Position numbers and translations under genes: made by a program. Under the pieces are notes generated by a model. It worked only from the letters and a program-made list of their open reading frames with translations. It searched no databases and was not told the DNA's origin. Of a DNA stretch of 64,000 nucleotides, positions 13,583-23,470 are shown in pieces. Origin of the DNA: Podarcis tiliguerta (taxonomy: Eukaryota); NCBI GenBank assembly GCA_965153285.1, contig OZ229113.1, one strand, 5' to 3'. Each line of letters begins with the position of its first letter. Position 1 is the stretch's first letter.

Positions 13583-16500
13583 ATAAATAATTTTTTATTA
13601 TTAAGATAATTCAACATTAATACATACACGTTACAAATATACAAACATCACATCTGTTTCTCACATCTGTTCCCTCCCCCCAACCCAAAGTGTATAGAAA
13701 AAGCATTATGAACCTCAGCTAATTGGAACTCATTGACTGTGTTTGAATGCCACACTAAACTGTTAGGAAAACATAAATGAACCTAGCTTCCTCCCTAGCT
13801 GCTTTGCTCCCATATTTTGCTCCTGCACAGCCAGGAGAAGGAGTTAGAAAGTTTCTCTTCCATTTTTGGTTACCTGGGGTTTTTCATATTCAACACCATA
13901 CAAAAGAAAAAGGAGAAAAGAAAATGCGAGTCAGGTTTCAAGTCCTACACAAAAAAAATTGTGGAATAGCAATTGCTGGAGATAGTTCTGCGAAAGGAAA
14001 ACCAAATAGCAGTTGGTTGCAGCCATATTGATGGAGGGAGACTTATGCACAGAATTCTCACAGCATAAACCCCAGTTTTGCTGTTCACAACCCAAATTAT
14101 GCCTGCTTCCCTCCTCCTTGCTCCTTCCAGCTCATGCTGGGAGAAAACAAATCACAGCCTGCGACTTAGCAATATGTCAGAACCATGGAACATGGTTTGT
14201 TTGGTTCCAGCAATCCACAATCAATAATCCAAGAACAACTGTTGGCCATACATAATGATTTGGGAGCAAAGCAAAGCACAATCTCGGGTTTGGCTGTAAC
14301 ACTAAGCCAAGCCTTGTGGTTTGCTTTCTCCCAGCATCAGCCAAGAGGGCTGAAACAGACACAGTTTTGCTTGTGTGTAGTTAGCTGTCATAGCCAACCA
14401 CAAGAGCTAGACATTTGTTTTAAGTAAAACCAATGTGAGGGATCCAGGGTTCTGAGCAAACTATTCAGCCTTGAGGGAAGGGGTTGCTGCATTCAGTGCT
14501 GTTGACGAATACACTGTCCACCCCTATTGAATTTTATTTTTTTTTAAGTATGTATATTCTGTTCTTTGTTAGCTAACACCAGAGTGACTATTGACAAACT
14601 CATCTCTCTTTCAGCATATCTACACTAAGCAAGCAGTATTCTTTGTATGGGAACTGAAGTGGACAAAAGAACTTCCCTCATCTTTGCAATGCCAGTTTTC
14701 AGTGAACTTCTGTTCAGCACCTTCTGAAGAGCACTCACTGTCTCTGAAGCCGTTCACTTACGAATTCCAGCTGGAAAACTTTTTTGTAAGTTTTTGCCAC
14801 GCTGACAGCTAGATCAGATAGGTTGGAGATTTTCCAGAGTGGAAGCAGGCAGATTCAAGGAATCCTCATTAAAAGATTGTAGAGTGGGGGTGGGGCTTTC
14901 AAATGTTTATTTATTTATCAGTATTCATATACTCACACAATCTCAAAATGGTTTAAAGGAGTAAAAATTTAAAATTTCATATTGTAATTCTGGAATACTC
15001 GAAGGGTTGGTTTGTGCCAGGCACTTGCCACATTGAGAGCACTCGATTACTGCTTGGCAAGTGGCTCTTACTGCTTCTGCAGTGCTTAGAGCAGATTATC
15101 TGTGGATTGTCACAACTTTGTGGCATTTCTGGGCCATTGCTGGATAGTGGCTAGTGGTGTCATAGAGATTTCCGCATGACAGCAGTGCCCCATGGGACAA
15201 GCCATTCTAGATGTTACAACCTCCATGTGGCACAGTTGCCACATGATGATATTTTAGGAAGCCATCACATGTTGAATGTAATGTTTGGTACTTGTTTAGC
15301 ATCAATACGATTTGGGGTTGTTTGTTTTTACGATACAGAGTTGATTTTCAGGCTTTCGCCCTAGCTTTTGTGGCTTGGTCCTATTTTTTATGGAAAAGTA
15401 GAAGACAGACTTTCTCCTCCTCTGCCAATCTCCTTTTACTGATAGATTATCTTTCCTAATCAGTTTAATTGTGGAAATGTTTAACCTTGTGTATATAATG
15501 ACCATGAATATCATTGTGCTCCTGCCAGACATTATATAATGTGAAAGCTGAGATTTCCCCCCCATTGGGGGCAGAATATTGTAAAACAGGCTCGTTGTGC
15601 TCACTGGAGGTGTCGATCACCCGCCTTTCAGACCTCCTGGATGTGGACAAAGACGAGGCATTGACAGAAACTGATGGTTACTGCACAACAAAGCTAATGT
15701 ATGAAGGTAGGCATCCTAATTGGACTGCATTTTGTGTGGTTTAGTCACTCAGGTCACCCAAAAGTGTATGTAGCTCTAATATCCAAAGACTTTACCCCCC
15801 CCCTCCAATTATCTTGAATTAAATCTATAGTAATTCTAGGGGACACGGGTGGCGCTGTGGGTAAAACCTCAGCACCTAGGACTTGCCGATCGCATGGTCG
15901 GCGGTTCGAATCCCCACGGCGGGGTGCGCTCCCGTCGTTCGGTCCCAGCGCCTGCCAACCTAGCAGTTCGAAAGCACCCCCGGGTGCAAGTAGATAAATA
16001 TGGACCGCTTACCAGCGGGAAGGTAAACGGCGTTCCGTGTGTTGCGCTGGCTCGCCAGATGCAGCTTGTCACGCTGGCCACGTGACCCAGAAGTGTCTGT
16101 GGACAGCGCTGGCTCCCGGCCTATAGAGTGAGATGAGCGCACAACCCTAGAGTCTGGCAAGACTGGTCCGTACGGGCAGGGGTACCTTTACCTTTACCTT
16201 TAATTCTTAATCTTACAGCTATCAACAGGATTTTAAATATGTGTATGTATCTTCATCAAATCATTTTGTTTGTATGGCATCACTTGATATCTCATGAAGC
16301 TTGTATAAGGACTACATCAGACATTTTATATAGTTCCCCCATAAGTGTGGCTTATACAGTATTCAAAATGAAAAATGGGTCTCAGTAACTGTTTCCTTTT
16401 AATAGTGTTTTCTCTTTTGTTTCAGTTGTAGACAATAGTAGTAACTGGGCAGTCTGTGGGAAGAGCTCAGGGGTAATATCTATGCCAATTGCAGTTCGGG

Positions 16501-17936
16501 CAACCCACAAAGTGCACATGGAAGTCATGCCACTCTTTGCTGGATACCTCCCTTTTCCTGATGTTAGGCTATTTAAATACCTCCCGCACTACTCTGCTCA
16601 CTCTATGCAGCTCGATGCAGGTAAGAATGTATTCCTTTCAACACTTCGTTTAAACGCCTGAAACACGGATCATCTTGAACATTTATTTAGGTGCTTATGT
16701 GAACGTTTAAAATGCATTAGAATTTTTCAGCTGAGAAAGTTGGAAAGACACGTTTATCCTGATTTTCAGCAAGAAGGGTCTCCCAGGGTGGCTTGCAGAA
16801 TATCAGTAATGAGATAGTATCAGGCTTATATTTGAAAAGACACAATTCAAAAAGAAAAGGTATTGGGAGAGATGAGGAAAACAGGCACTAACACTTAATT
16901 ATAGTTCTCATGACCAGCTGGAACGGGAAAGAGGAGTCACACATTGCTGGTTTTTGAGCAGAGTCAGTGGAAAGGCTGTGGACTTCCACCCCCTTTTTTC
17001 TGCCTGCCCCCATCGTCTGATGGGACGGCTGGTGATAGAGAATGTTTGCCGTCCCATTTCTCCTGTAGCTTGATGGCATGGCATGACAGACATTATGTGC
17101 AGTCATTGCCTTGGAATGCTTTCAGCGCTCTTATGCACGGGACTGGCAGATACTTGAAGTATGATTTAACAGTTTCTTGCTCTTGTGGGAGTTCCAGTAA
17201 GTGCACAGAAATCTATATGTGCTAGGGCTTCCCCATTCGCTGCAATGCTTTATTTACTGCGTTTATATGCTGCCCTTATGCCAGGGCCCTCAGTAAATCA
17301 CTAAAACAAAAACTAGGTACAGAAGATGTAACGGCGAAACAGCAGAATTGTTTCAGACCTCTTGTCCTTTCAGGAGTTGATGGAATGGACTCCCTGGCCT
17401 GGCCTTTTTTGCTTCCCCTTCTGGGCACCCAAGTCTGTAGCCTGTGGAGAGGTGGAAAAGGGTCTGCCCTGAGTGAGCACTCTCAGGCCAATGGCAGTTT
17501 TTCAGGAGCTGATGGCATGAGCTGCCCAGCCTTGGGCTCTCTTCAGTCTTTTTAGCACATACTTTAAAAATGGTTTCTGTGAATAACAAGTCATGCAGTG
17601 ACTTCTGATTCCTTCTAGGTGATGAACCCTAAATGGATTATAGCTCATACTATAAATGCACGTGGAATAAAGTTTTGCATTTTTGTTTTTTAAACAGATA
17701 GTTGGATCGAAAACGATAATCTCTCTGTGGACAAGAATATGGATGATCAAGCTGACAGCAGCAGCATAAAGAGCAGAGGCAGCATACATTCAGCAGCCAG
17801 TGCAGAACACAAAGGTTTACCAATGCCTCGGCTGCAATCGTTTTCACCCGGACAGGTCTTCAACTCCAGCTCTGGCATGCAAATCCTTGTCATTCCCAGC
17901 AAGGATGACCACATTCTGGAGGTCAATGTCACATGA
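145..17936 (+). CDS. TRAPPC10: Trafficking protein particle complex subunit 10 (TRAPPII subunit); 5'-partial, last 14 coding exons (~825 aa in window)
   Basis: Exons 145-221, 942-1033, 3043-3183, 4099-4211, 5630-6144, 9315-9456, 10815-10973, 12126-12352, 12854-12954, 13380-13506, 14615-14785, 15529-15706, 16426-16620, 17698-17936 splice in frame. The peptide matches vertebrate TRAPPC10 as recalled (KKLKEALSSVEAFE..., FSIEKNSYRKTAEWLTKHKTSNG, C-terminal SKDDHILEVNVT*). Confidence 0.96.
942..1033 (+). CDS. TRAPPC10: TRAPPC10 coding exon (DLSHATIEMYKNIGRSRSAKLVGKDLAEFYM)
   Basis: tgtag acceptor, gtaagg donor, 92 nt. Confidence 0.93.
1190..2350 (+). mobile_element. Decayed, interrupted L2-type LINE
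   Basis: Relics of RT motif GVPQGS/LFxIYMKxLG at ~1240-1310 and of the C-terminal YCN.VYMGLP..IQKLQ..QNAAAR at ~1740-1830, followed by an AATA-rich tail. Confidence 0.6.
2700..2938 (-). mobile_element. LINE (L2-like) 3' end fragment, same family as 58845-59090
   Basis: Shares gaaaaattcacagccatactt...aaaagtttaaatactaaaa...ctttctaag...aaagagtaca with the 58.9 kb copy. Confidence 0.6.
3043..3183 (+). CDS. TRAPPC10: TRAPPC10 coding exon (KKKSPQKAEVYLQG...HLGQVEN), followed by a U12 donor
   Basis: ttttcccaag acceptor, GTATCCTT donor, 141 nt. Confidence 0.92.
3184..4098 (+). other. U12-type (minor spliceosome) GT-AG intron of TRAPPC10
   Basis: 5'SS GTATCCTT, branch site TTCCTTAAC at 4080-4088 close to the terminal CAG, no polypyrimidine tract. 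Splicing restores ...GQVEN|YLQTSS... Confidence 0.92.
3600..3810 (+). mobile_element. Decayed CR1 LINE ORF2 fragment inside the U12 intron
   Basis: CR1-like translation (AAKKTNSMLGII...KKDIVE...). Confidence 0.5.
4099..4211 (+). CDS. TRAPPC10: TRAPPC10 coding exon (YLQTSSLLAADDHLTEEERKHYCQEILNFAKQPSEGE)
   Basis: 113 nt, gtaaga donor. Confidence 0.93.
5340..5420 (+). mobile_element. CR1 LINE 3' tail fragment
   Basis: gggttggactaggtgattcttggggttcccttccaa... resembles a CR1 3' terminus. Confidence 0.5.
5630..6144 (+). CDS. TRAPPC10: TRAPPC10 coding exon (QKVILSMHSFAQL...NITFRTQ)
   Basis: Lies within ORF 5602-6195, ttgcag/gtatgt, 515 nt. Confidence 0.96.
6259..6517 (-). mobile_element. Non-autonomous TcMar (Tc2/pogo-like) MITE, compact 259-bp copy with one internal hairpin
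   Basis: TA|CCGTTTTTTTCACTCTATAAGACGCAC...GTGAGTCTTATAGAGCAAAAAATACAG|TA, perfect 25-bp internal stem at 6348-6372/6394-6418, related to 48727-50082. Confidence 0.85.
6890..7510 (+). mobile_element. Decayed L2 LINE 3' portion
   Basis: TSRLDYCNA motif followed by a typical L2 C-terminal region and AATA tail. Confidence 0.65.
9315..9456 (+). CDS. TRAPPC10: TRAPPC10 coding exon (GKDPGTYTLRQLC...EPQLKVEPCT)
   Basis: catag/gtaggt, 142 nt. Confidence 0.93.
10815..10973 (+). CDS. TRAPPC10: TRAPPC10 coding exon (SLLAGIPQKVKFTVTTGHYTIKNGD...YSNTK)
   Basis: ttccag/gtatgt, 159 nt. Confidence 0.93.
11571..11707. mobile_element. Short palindromic hAT-like MITE (lizard ctcccatcat...gatgggag family)
   Basis: CAGG..GGGAAACC start, ctcccatcatc/agtccaaaacatctg core. 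Boundaries approximate. Confidence 0.5.
12126..12352 (+). CDS. TRAPPC10: TRAPPC10 coding exon (KASEASLMIQSSEK...TIDQK)
   Basis: tgtag/gtaagt, 227 nt. Confidence 0.92.
12854..12954 (+). CDS. TRAPPC10: TRAPPC10 coding exon (VTIDCPWSIYSTIIALTFSIPF...)
   Basis: ctgcag/gtaact, 101 nt. Confidence 0.93.
13288..13307. repeat. (AGAT)5 microsatellite
   Basis: Read directly from the sequence. Confidence 0.9.
13380..13506 (+). CDS. TRAPPC10: TRAPPC10 coding exon (KYIQVCVQNMSD...SKAEQ)
   Basis: ttttag/gtatgc, 127 nt. Confidence 0.92.
13516..13582. repeat. (TTTC)n microsatellite just after a TRAPPC10 donor
   Basis: About 16 units. Confidence 0.95.
14615..14785 (+). CDS. TRAPPC10: TRAPPC10 coding exon (HIYTKQAVFFVWELKW...QLENFF)
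   Basis: tttcag/gtaagt, 171 nt. Confidence 0.94.
15529..15706 (+). CDS. TRAPPC10: TRAPPC10 coding exon (TLYNVKAEI...TKLMYE)
   Basis: tgccag/gtaggc, 178 nt. Confidence 0.94.
15838..16200 (+). mobile_element. Sauria SINE, full length
   Basis: tRNA-like head with box A (tggcgctgtgg) and box B (ggttcgaatcc, 15903), (ACCTTT)n tail, TSD TAATTCT at 15831-15837 and 16201-16207. Confidence 0.92.
16426..16620 (+). CDS. TRAPPC10: TRAPPC10 coding exon (VDNSSNWAVCGKS...QLDA)
   Basis: tttcag/gtaaga, 195 nt. Confidence 0.95.
17698..17936 (+). CDS. TRAPPC10: TRAPPC10 terminal coding exon (SWIENDNLSVDK...ILEVNVT*)
   Basis: aaacag acceptor, TGA at 17934-17936. Confidence 0.95.
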
Positions 17937-18174
17937 CAGCGCTCTGTACATGTGCATGGACATGCACATGAGACTGGAAAATGAATGCACTTTAAGGGAT
18001 CATAACCTGATTGTTCTTCATTTGAAACATTCTAACGCTAACGAGGCCTATGGCAACTCAACACTTACTGGCCCTGGAAGCATCAGACAATTGTATCAAT
18101 TTAAATGTACAGTGATGCTTGTGTCAGCTAGTTTATATTGCTATTTTAGGGTGTTTGTGTAAAATGAATTTTGG

Positions 18175-18177
<3 letters not shown>

Positions 18178-18224
<47 letters not shown>
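18178..18224. repeat. (CT)n microsatellite in TRAPPC10 3'UTR
   Basis: Read directly from the sequence. Confidence 0.95.
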
Positions 18225-18227
<3 letters not shown>

Positions 18228-19126
18228 CTGCTGGTGAAATAAAGGATACTTACTGCAGTTTTCTCTTTATTTTCGGCAGCTTCCAGAACTGCTATTTTTT
18301 TCCGGGGGGAGTAATTAAATTTCTGTTCAAAGAAAATTTCAGGTTGACATACAATAAGCCTTGCAGTGTAGCTGTTAATGACTGACGTGTGTGCCTTTCT
18401 AGTCACACAACTGTTTGGTTTCCTGGACCAGGATAGCTATCCAAATTTCTGTATAGTAATTCTTAATCCTACAGCTATCAACAGGATTTTAAATATGTGT
18501 ATATATTTTCTTGAGGACTTAACTTCTTTTGTGCCTTGGGATACATTTGAAACTTATTAGCCCACTCAAACTCTTGAATGCATACCATATAGAGAGCCAT
18601 TACTTCAGCTCACTGGGGAAACATACACACACCAGGAAGCAAGTAATGAAGTGGCACATAAGTGGTTAAGTTGGAAGTAAAGTTTCACTGAACAAGCTTT
18701 CCCCCAAGTTTGATATTTAAATTATTTAAGGTTACTATATTGAGTCTCACTATATAGCTTTTATTCAATATTTCACTTGATATTTTTAAAACCAAAGTTT
18801 ATTTGTTTCTCCTGTCCCAACTACTGTTAACTTATTATTGACTACAGAGCCATATAACTATATATATATTTGCACCTTATTCTAAAGTAATCTGAGAAGA
18901 AGCAAATAAAGCCAAGGATTACTTGACTGCTTTTCCAGTCTGCTTATGAGGAAATTTAAGGTCCTACTATTGAACCTCTTCTGGTCCAGCAAACTGCAGT
19001 TACACCATTCCAACTGATTACTTTCAGTTGTAAATTTATTGTACAAATGATTATTTTAAAAAAAATCTAAACTAAACTTAACTGATATAATGTCTGTGTA
19101 TAATTTGCTCCCGGAATCAAGGACGA

Positions 19127-19132
19127 AATAAA
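19127..19132 (+). terminator. Candidate TRAPPC10 polyadenylation signal
   Basis: AATAAA followed by a GT/T-rich stretch. Other AATAAA occur near 18905 and distally at 21446-21451. Confidence 0.4.
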
Positions 19133-22100
19133 TGTGTTTTTATTGGTGTGAAAATCAAAGCTTGTAAATAAGTCTAGTGCATATAACTTTTTCCAGCTCT
19201 CAAACTGTGTATTTTTGTACATACCACATTTCCTTAAAACTTGTGGCTACAATCCTAGCTGCTGTTCACTCCTGTTACTGGCTTACACAATAATTCTCTT
19301 CTTGCAACATATGCAGCCTCTTGGGGAACAGCCTTCATTGTATGAACAAGCTTTGTAGCAACACTGATAATTCTTGGTTCTTTCCATGGGTTTTTAATAT
19401 CTTTGAGGCAGGAGGCAGTAGCAAACCAAATTTGAATTCTGAAAAAGTGTGGCATGTGTGTTCCCACACTGTGTGTATCTGTTAATTCTTGATTTACTTT
19501 TCTCATGTCTTAAGAGCAAATGAGGTTTTATTTTTAGAGGGAGCAAAAAGCAAGCCCCATGTTTCTCATGAATTTGCCAGTACTTGGCTTTGAAAGTTAA
19601 AGTAAGTTGAGTTTTCTTTTTGGAAATAGAAACACACTCTTGTATTTGGGCACTTCTTTTCTTGAAGTTACAATGGGAGGTTGGCTGACTGTCTCTTTGT
19701 GTTTAATTTACTTTAATGAAGTTAGGGAAAAATGTATGCAACCCCTTAAACGCTTTTCAACAAAATTGCCTCTGTACCTTCTTTCAGTTATAAGAATTAA
19801 TGAGACTACACAATATTGATATGTACACACTTCAATTTTGCATCTAAATGATAAAATGTATTTAAACTTGTTATGGCCCTTCTACATTGAATACTTGTGA
19901 ACAACAGCTTGAATGTTAAAAGTACATTTCGAATGTGGTGAACAACTTGATACTTTGATTTTGGGTCTTTCACAAGAAATGATTTTATTAGCAGTTAGTG
20001 TTGATGTGTTTTCTCTGGTTTGGTTTTAGAGCACCGTAACATTTTTATGCTTACGTTGAAATGGTGGACTTCACTAAAATGCAGCAGAACCATAGTCTAA
20101 TCACTACTTCAGGAGACTACATGTGTATATGGAGAGGGGATTGGTTTCTGGGTAAAGATGTAAATAATCAATTTGCAATATGTGTATCTGAAAAATTAAG
20201 GATTATGCTATTTATAGATATCTGTCAAGCTTGTAAATACTATCAAATGGGTTAAAGGAGTATAATTTTTGTGAATTTCACAGGTTTATTTGTGACTGGA
20301 AAAATTAACTCCTACTATGGAAATTAAAGTTCAACAATGACATTTGTGACACTTCCTACTTGTAGTTCTGTAAGACTGTTACACTCCACAGAGGATATAA
20401 ACATAGAAGAGCAAACTGTAGGGAAAGGATATTCAGAAACACAATTACCCAGTCTTATTTCTTATTTTAATGGTGCCATGAAACTTAGGGAATAAACTGT
20501 CAGTAAACCCACCCCCAGAAAAGCCAACCAGTAGGAAAATGAATAAAAATCTTGAATATTTTAAACAAAAGTCGCTTACAGTTCTGACATTCAGCTTACC
20601 TTTATATGTTCCTTGGTTTGAGATTTCTAGGTATTAAGTGGCTCTAAGCTGAGCTGATCAGTTATTTTCAGGCAGCTTTTCTATTAGTAGCATCTGTTGG
20701 CTCTCAGTTAATTTATTTTGCAGGACCAGGCTGAGCCGCAAGAGTACTAATATACTTTAAGATAATTATATGGTGGTGCACAAGGCTTAACACACCCAGC
20801 TACTATAGCTTGACTGTTTTTTTAATCCTACCAGGAAGTTTTATCCTCTCATGTTCTACTGATATTTCTTGGTATATTTGGGGTAGCATTTATGTATGTA
20901 TCAGAGCTTTGAGAAGCAAACATTGTCGTTCCTAGTTTAAGGAGTCACTACAGGTGAAACTTGGCACCAGCTTATTCTGGCAACTACTTTAAATGATGTT
21001 GACTCTTGCAGTATGATGAGTCTCTTTTGTGAACTGGGTGACAAACCAAAGCAGCACTACCACATCCTGGTTCAAAAGGCAATGCTTTTTGGAGAAAGCC
21101 ACCTGCTAAATGCCTGCTTGTTGAAGTATTGTACATCAGAATCGTTTCTCTGGAGCTACACCTGACATGGATCTTCAGCTCCCAGATCTAGGAAAGATTT
21201 TCTCCAGAAGCACCACCTACTGTGAATGGTTACTGTTGGAAAAAGTACTGCAGAGTGGAATGTGCAGGGAGGGGAGTAGAGTTCACACTGGTGTGAAAGT
21301 TTCTTTTAAAATAGAAGTCTTCAACCTTTTCTTACTTGGGATTCACTTTTAACCCAAATAAGCATTTGGGGACTAATTTACTTTAAAGATAGTTTTTCTT
21401 CCAGTTTTACATTTTAACTTTGGATAAAATTAGTTGTACACTACAAATAAAAGTGACAGTATAATGGTGGTTGATCTGGTTCATATTGAAAAGCAGACTG
21501 TGGTAGGAATCTGGAATACATAAACTAAATCTTGCTAGCTACCTCTGACCTGTGCCAAGAGCACCCTTTTGAAAACAGTACTTGATCCAGGATTGAGATT
21601 CCATTCTCAAGAAATCCACAAAAGTTTTCCATCTGATACACAGCTCATCATTATTGGGTTGGGGTATTATTTAGGCAGGGGCTGTTACTGATACTATTTT
21701 TTTGTATCTTTATTTTTAGATTAATGATTTAATGTGTAAACTGTTCTCTTTAGTTGTGTACTTTTTGATGTGTCTTATTTATTCTTTGTTACTATTTTCA
21801 TTATACTGTATACATTTTTTAAATGTTAAGCCAACTTGAGCATGGTTTTAGCTATGGAAAGGCGGCATACAAATAAAATTATGTATGTAGGTATTAGTCA
21901 TTACGACACTCTGCACAGGACCCACTTCTATATTGGTATTAATTTTAAAAATTACCCTTTGTGTTTAAAAAGGGCTAAAATAGTGTGTACATCATCTCCT
22001 TATGGGAGAGGGTGTAATAGGCTGTGGTGCCCATGCAATGACTGTGCGATGCTATCCTCTCCGGGCTTTACTAATAGGCAAGAGTGAAGCAGCTTATTTT

Positions 22101-22399
22101 GGATGTCACGGAAAGATAGAAATTTGCTAGTTTATTATTATTATTTTTAAAAACTTGTATTTTTACTGACAGGGAAGCTGAGGTTCTCCGTGGGGTTTCG
22201 GGAAGGGCAAGGTTTCAGATGCCAAAATAACTTCGCCAGTAGTAGATGTCGTGCTTGCGGGTGAGAAAGTGCCATTTGCTGCTCGGCTTCAGCCAGCAAG
22301 TTGTCTTAGTCTGGCTCTAACAACCGCAGTCAAAATCTGGGCGCTCTCGCCAGTGGGGCAGCTGGATAATTTTAGACATCGGATTTAGTAGCTTATGCC

Positions 22400-23470
22400 C
22401 TTCGGATGACCACGTGCATTAAGTTGTGAGCCACAAAACGACACCCCTCCCAATCTCTACCTCATCCTTAGCACAGCTGCTACATTCCTGACACGTTGAA
22501 ATAAAAGCAAAAGACCGCGTGCCAATCCTGATGGAAAACAGTAAACCTGGCCACGTGGGCGCTTTTGCATTTTAAGCTCGCTTTACTTTTTACAGCTTGC
22601 AGGCATAACGCAGGTTTTGCTTCCACTGCCCTGCCGCTATAAAAGCGTAAGGAAACAAGCACCCTCCTACTTGTATGGAAAAAAGAACGTATTTTTTTAT
22701 AAAAATAACCATAATAAATAATGACTGGAGGCATGCTCTCGAGAAAGAGTGCTCAAGAAAGCAGCCTTTAAATGAGCTGCACCTCGCTGCTCCCCACCGG
22801 CCCAAATTATATGCGGGTTGGGGCGGCAGCGGAGGGGAGGAATGTTGCTCGGAACGCGGAGTGCGAGTCTCCGGGAGCTTTCGGTTCCCTGTCTGAGTGA
22901 CGCAACAGGAGCCGGCAGAGAGAGCGAGAGAAAGAGAGCAGATAGGTCGCCCTGGAAATGTTCTGAACCCGGAAGCAAAACGAAGAGGCTCTTCCGGCCG
23001 ACTCGTGCTGCCCATGTGTTCTCTGACCGAGTGCCGGAATCTACGCGGGGATGAAGTTCGCTTACAAGGTTCGCTTACAGGGCGGGGGGCTTCGTCCTTT
23101 CTGGTCGGGGTCTCGGAGCTTGGGCAGCCCTTGGTCTGGCAAGAGGAGCCCGTCGCTGCCCGTTTCTTGAGGGCCCAGCCTCTGGGCGGCCGCTTGATCC
23201 CAGACCTTCCAAGCGTCCGTTTCCCAGGGGCGTCCCTGATTTAGATGAGGTTTCTGATTTGACCTCGGAATGTCCCACTTTTCCTTAAGATGTCCCTGTT
23301 TTCACTGGAGAAATTTTGGATAGTATGTGATCCCTGTCCTCCTTTTCCCTTCCTGTTGCTCCTTTTAATCGTTATCTTGCCAAATTGCTCGAGTAGCGTG
23401 TCCAGCTTTAATCCTCTTGGAAGCCAGGAACTCTCCTGCCGACCTTCGCCACTGCCGACTATCCGCATTT
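22400..23470 (+). promoter_or_regulatory. PWP2 CpG-island promoter / first exon region
   Basis: Sharp rise in CpG. CACGTG E-boxes at 22411 and 22552, CCAAT at ~22522, ETS-type CCGGAAG at 22969 and CTTCCGG at 22991, all upstream of the ATG at 23051. Confidence 0.75.
23051..23068 (+). CDS. PWP2: PWP2 exon 1 coding part (MKFAYK)
   Basis: ATG AAG TTC GCT TAC AAG|gttcgc (weak donor). Confidence 0.85.

Noticed and set aside
15838-15920. tRNA gene (box A/B motifs), also at ~28585-28660
   Set aside because: These are the tRNA-derived heads of Sauria SINEs, not cloverleaf tRNAs.
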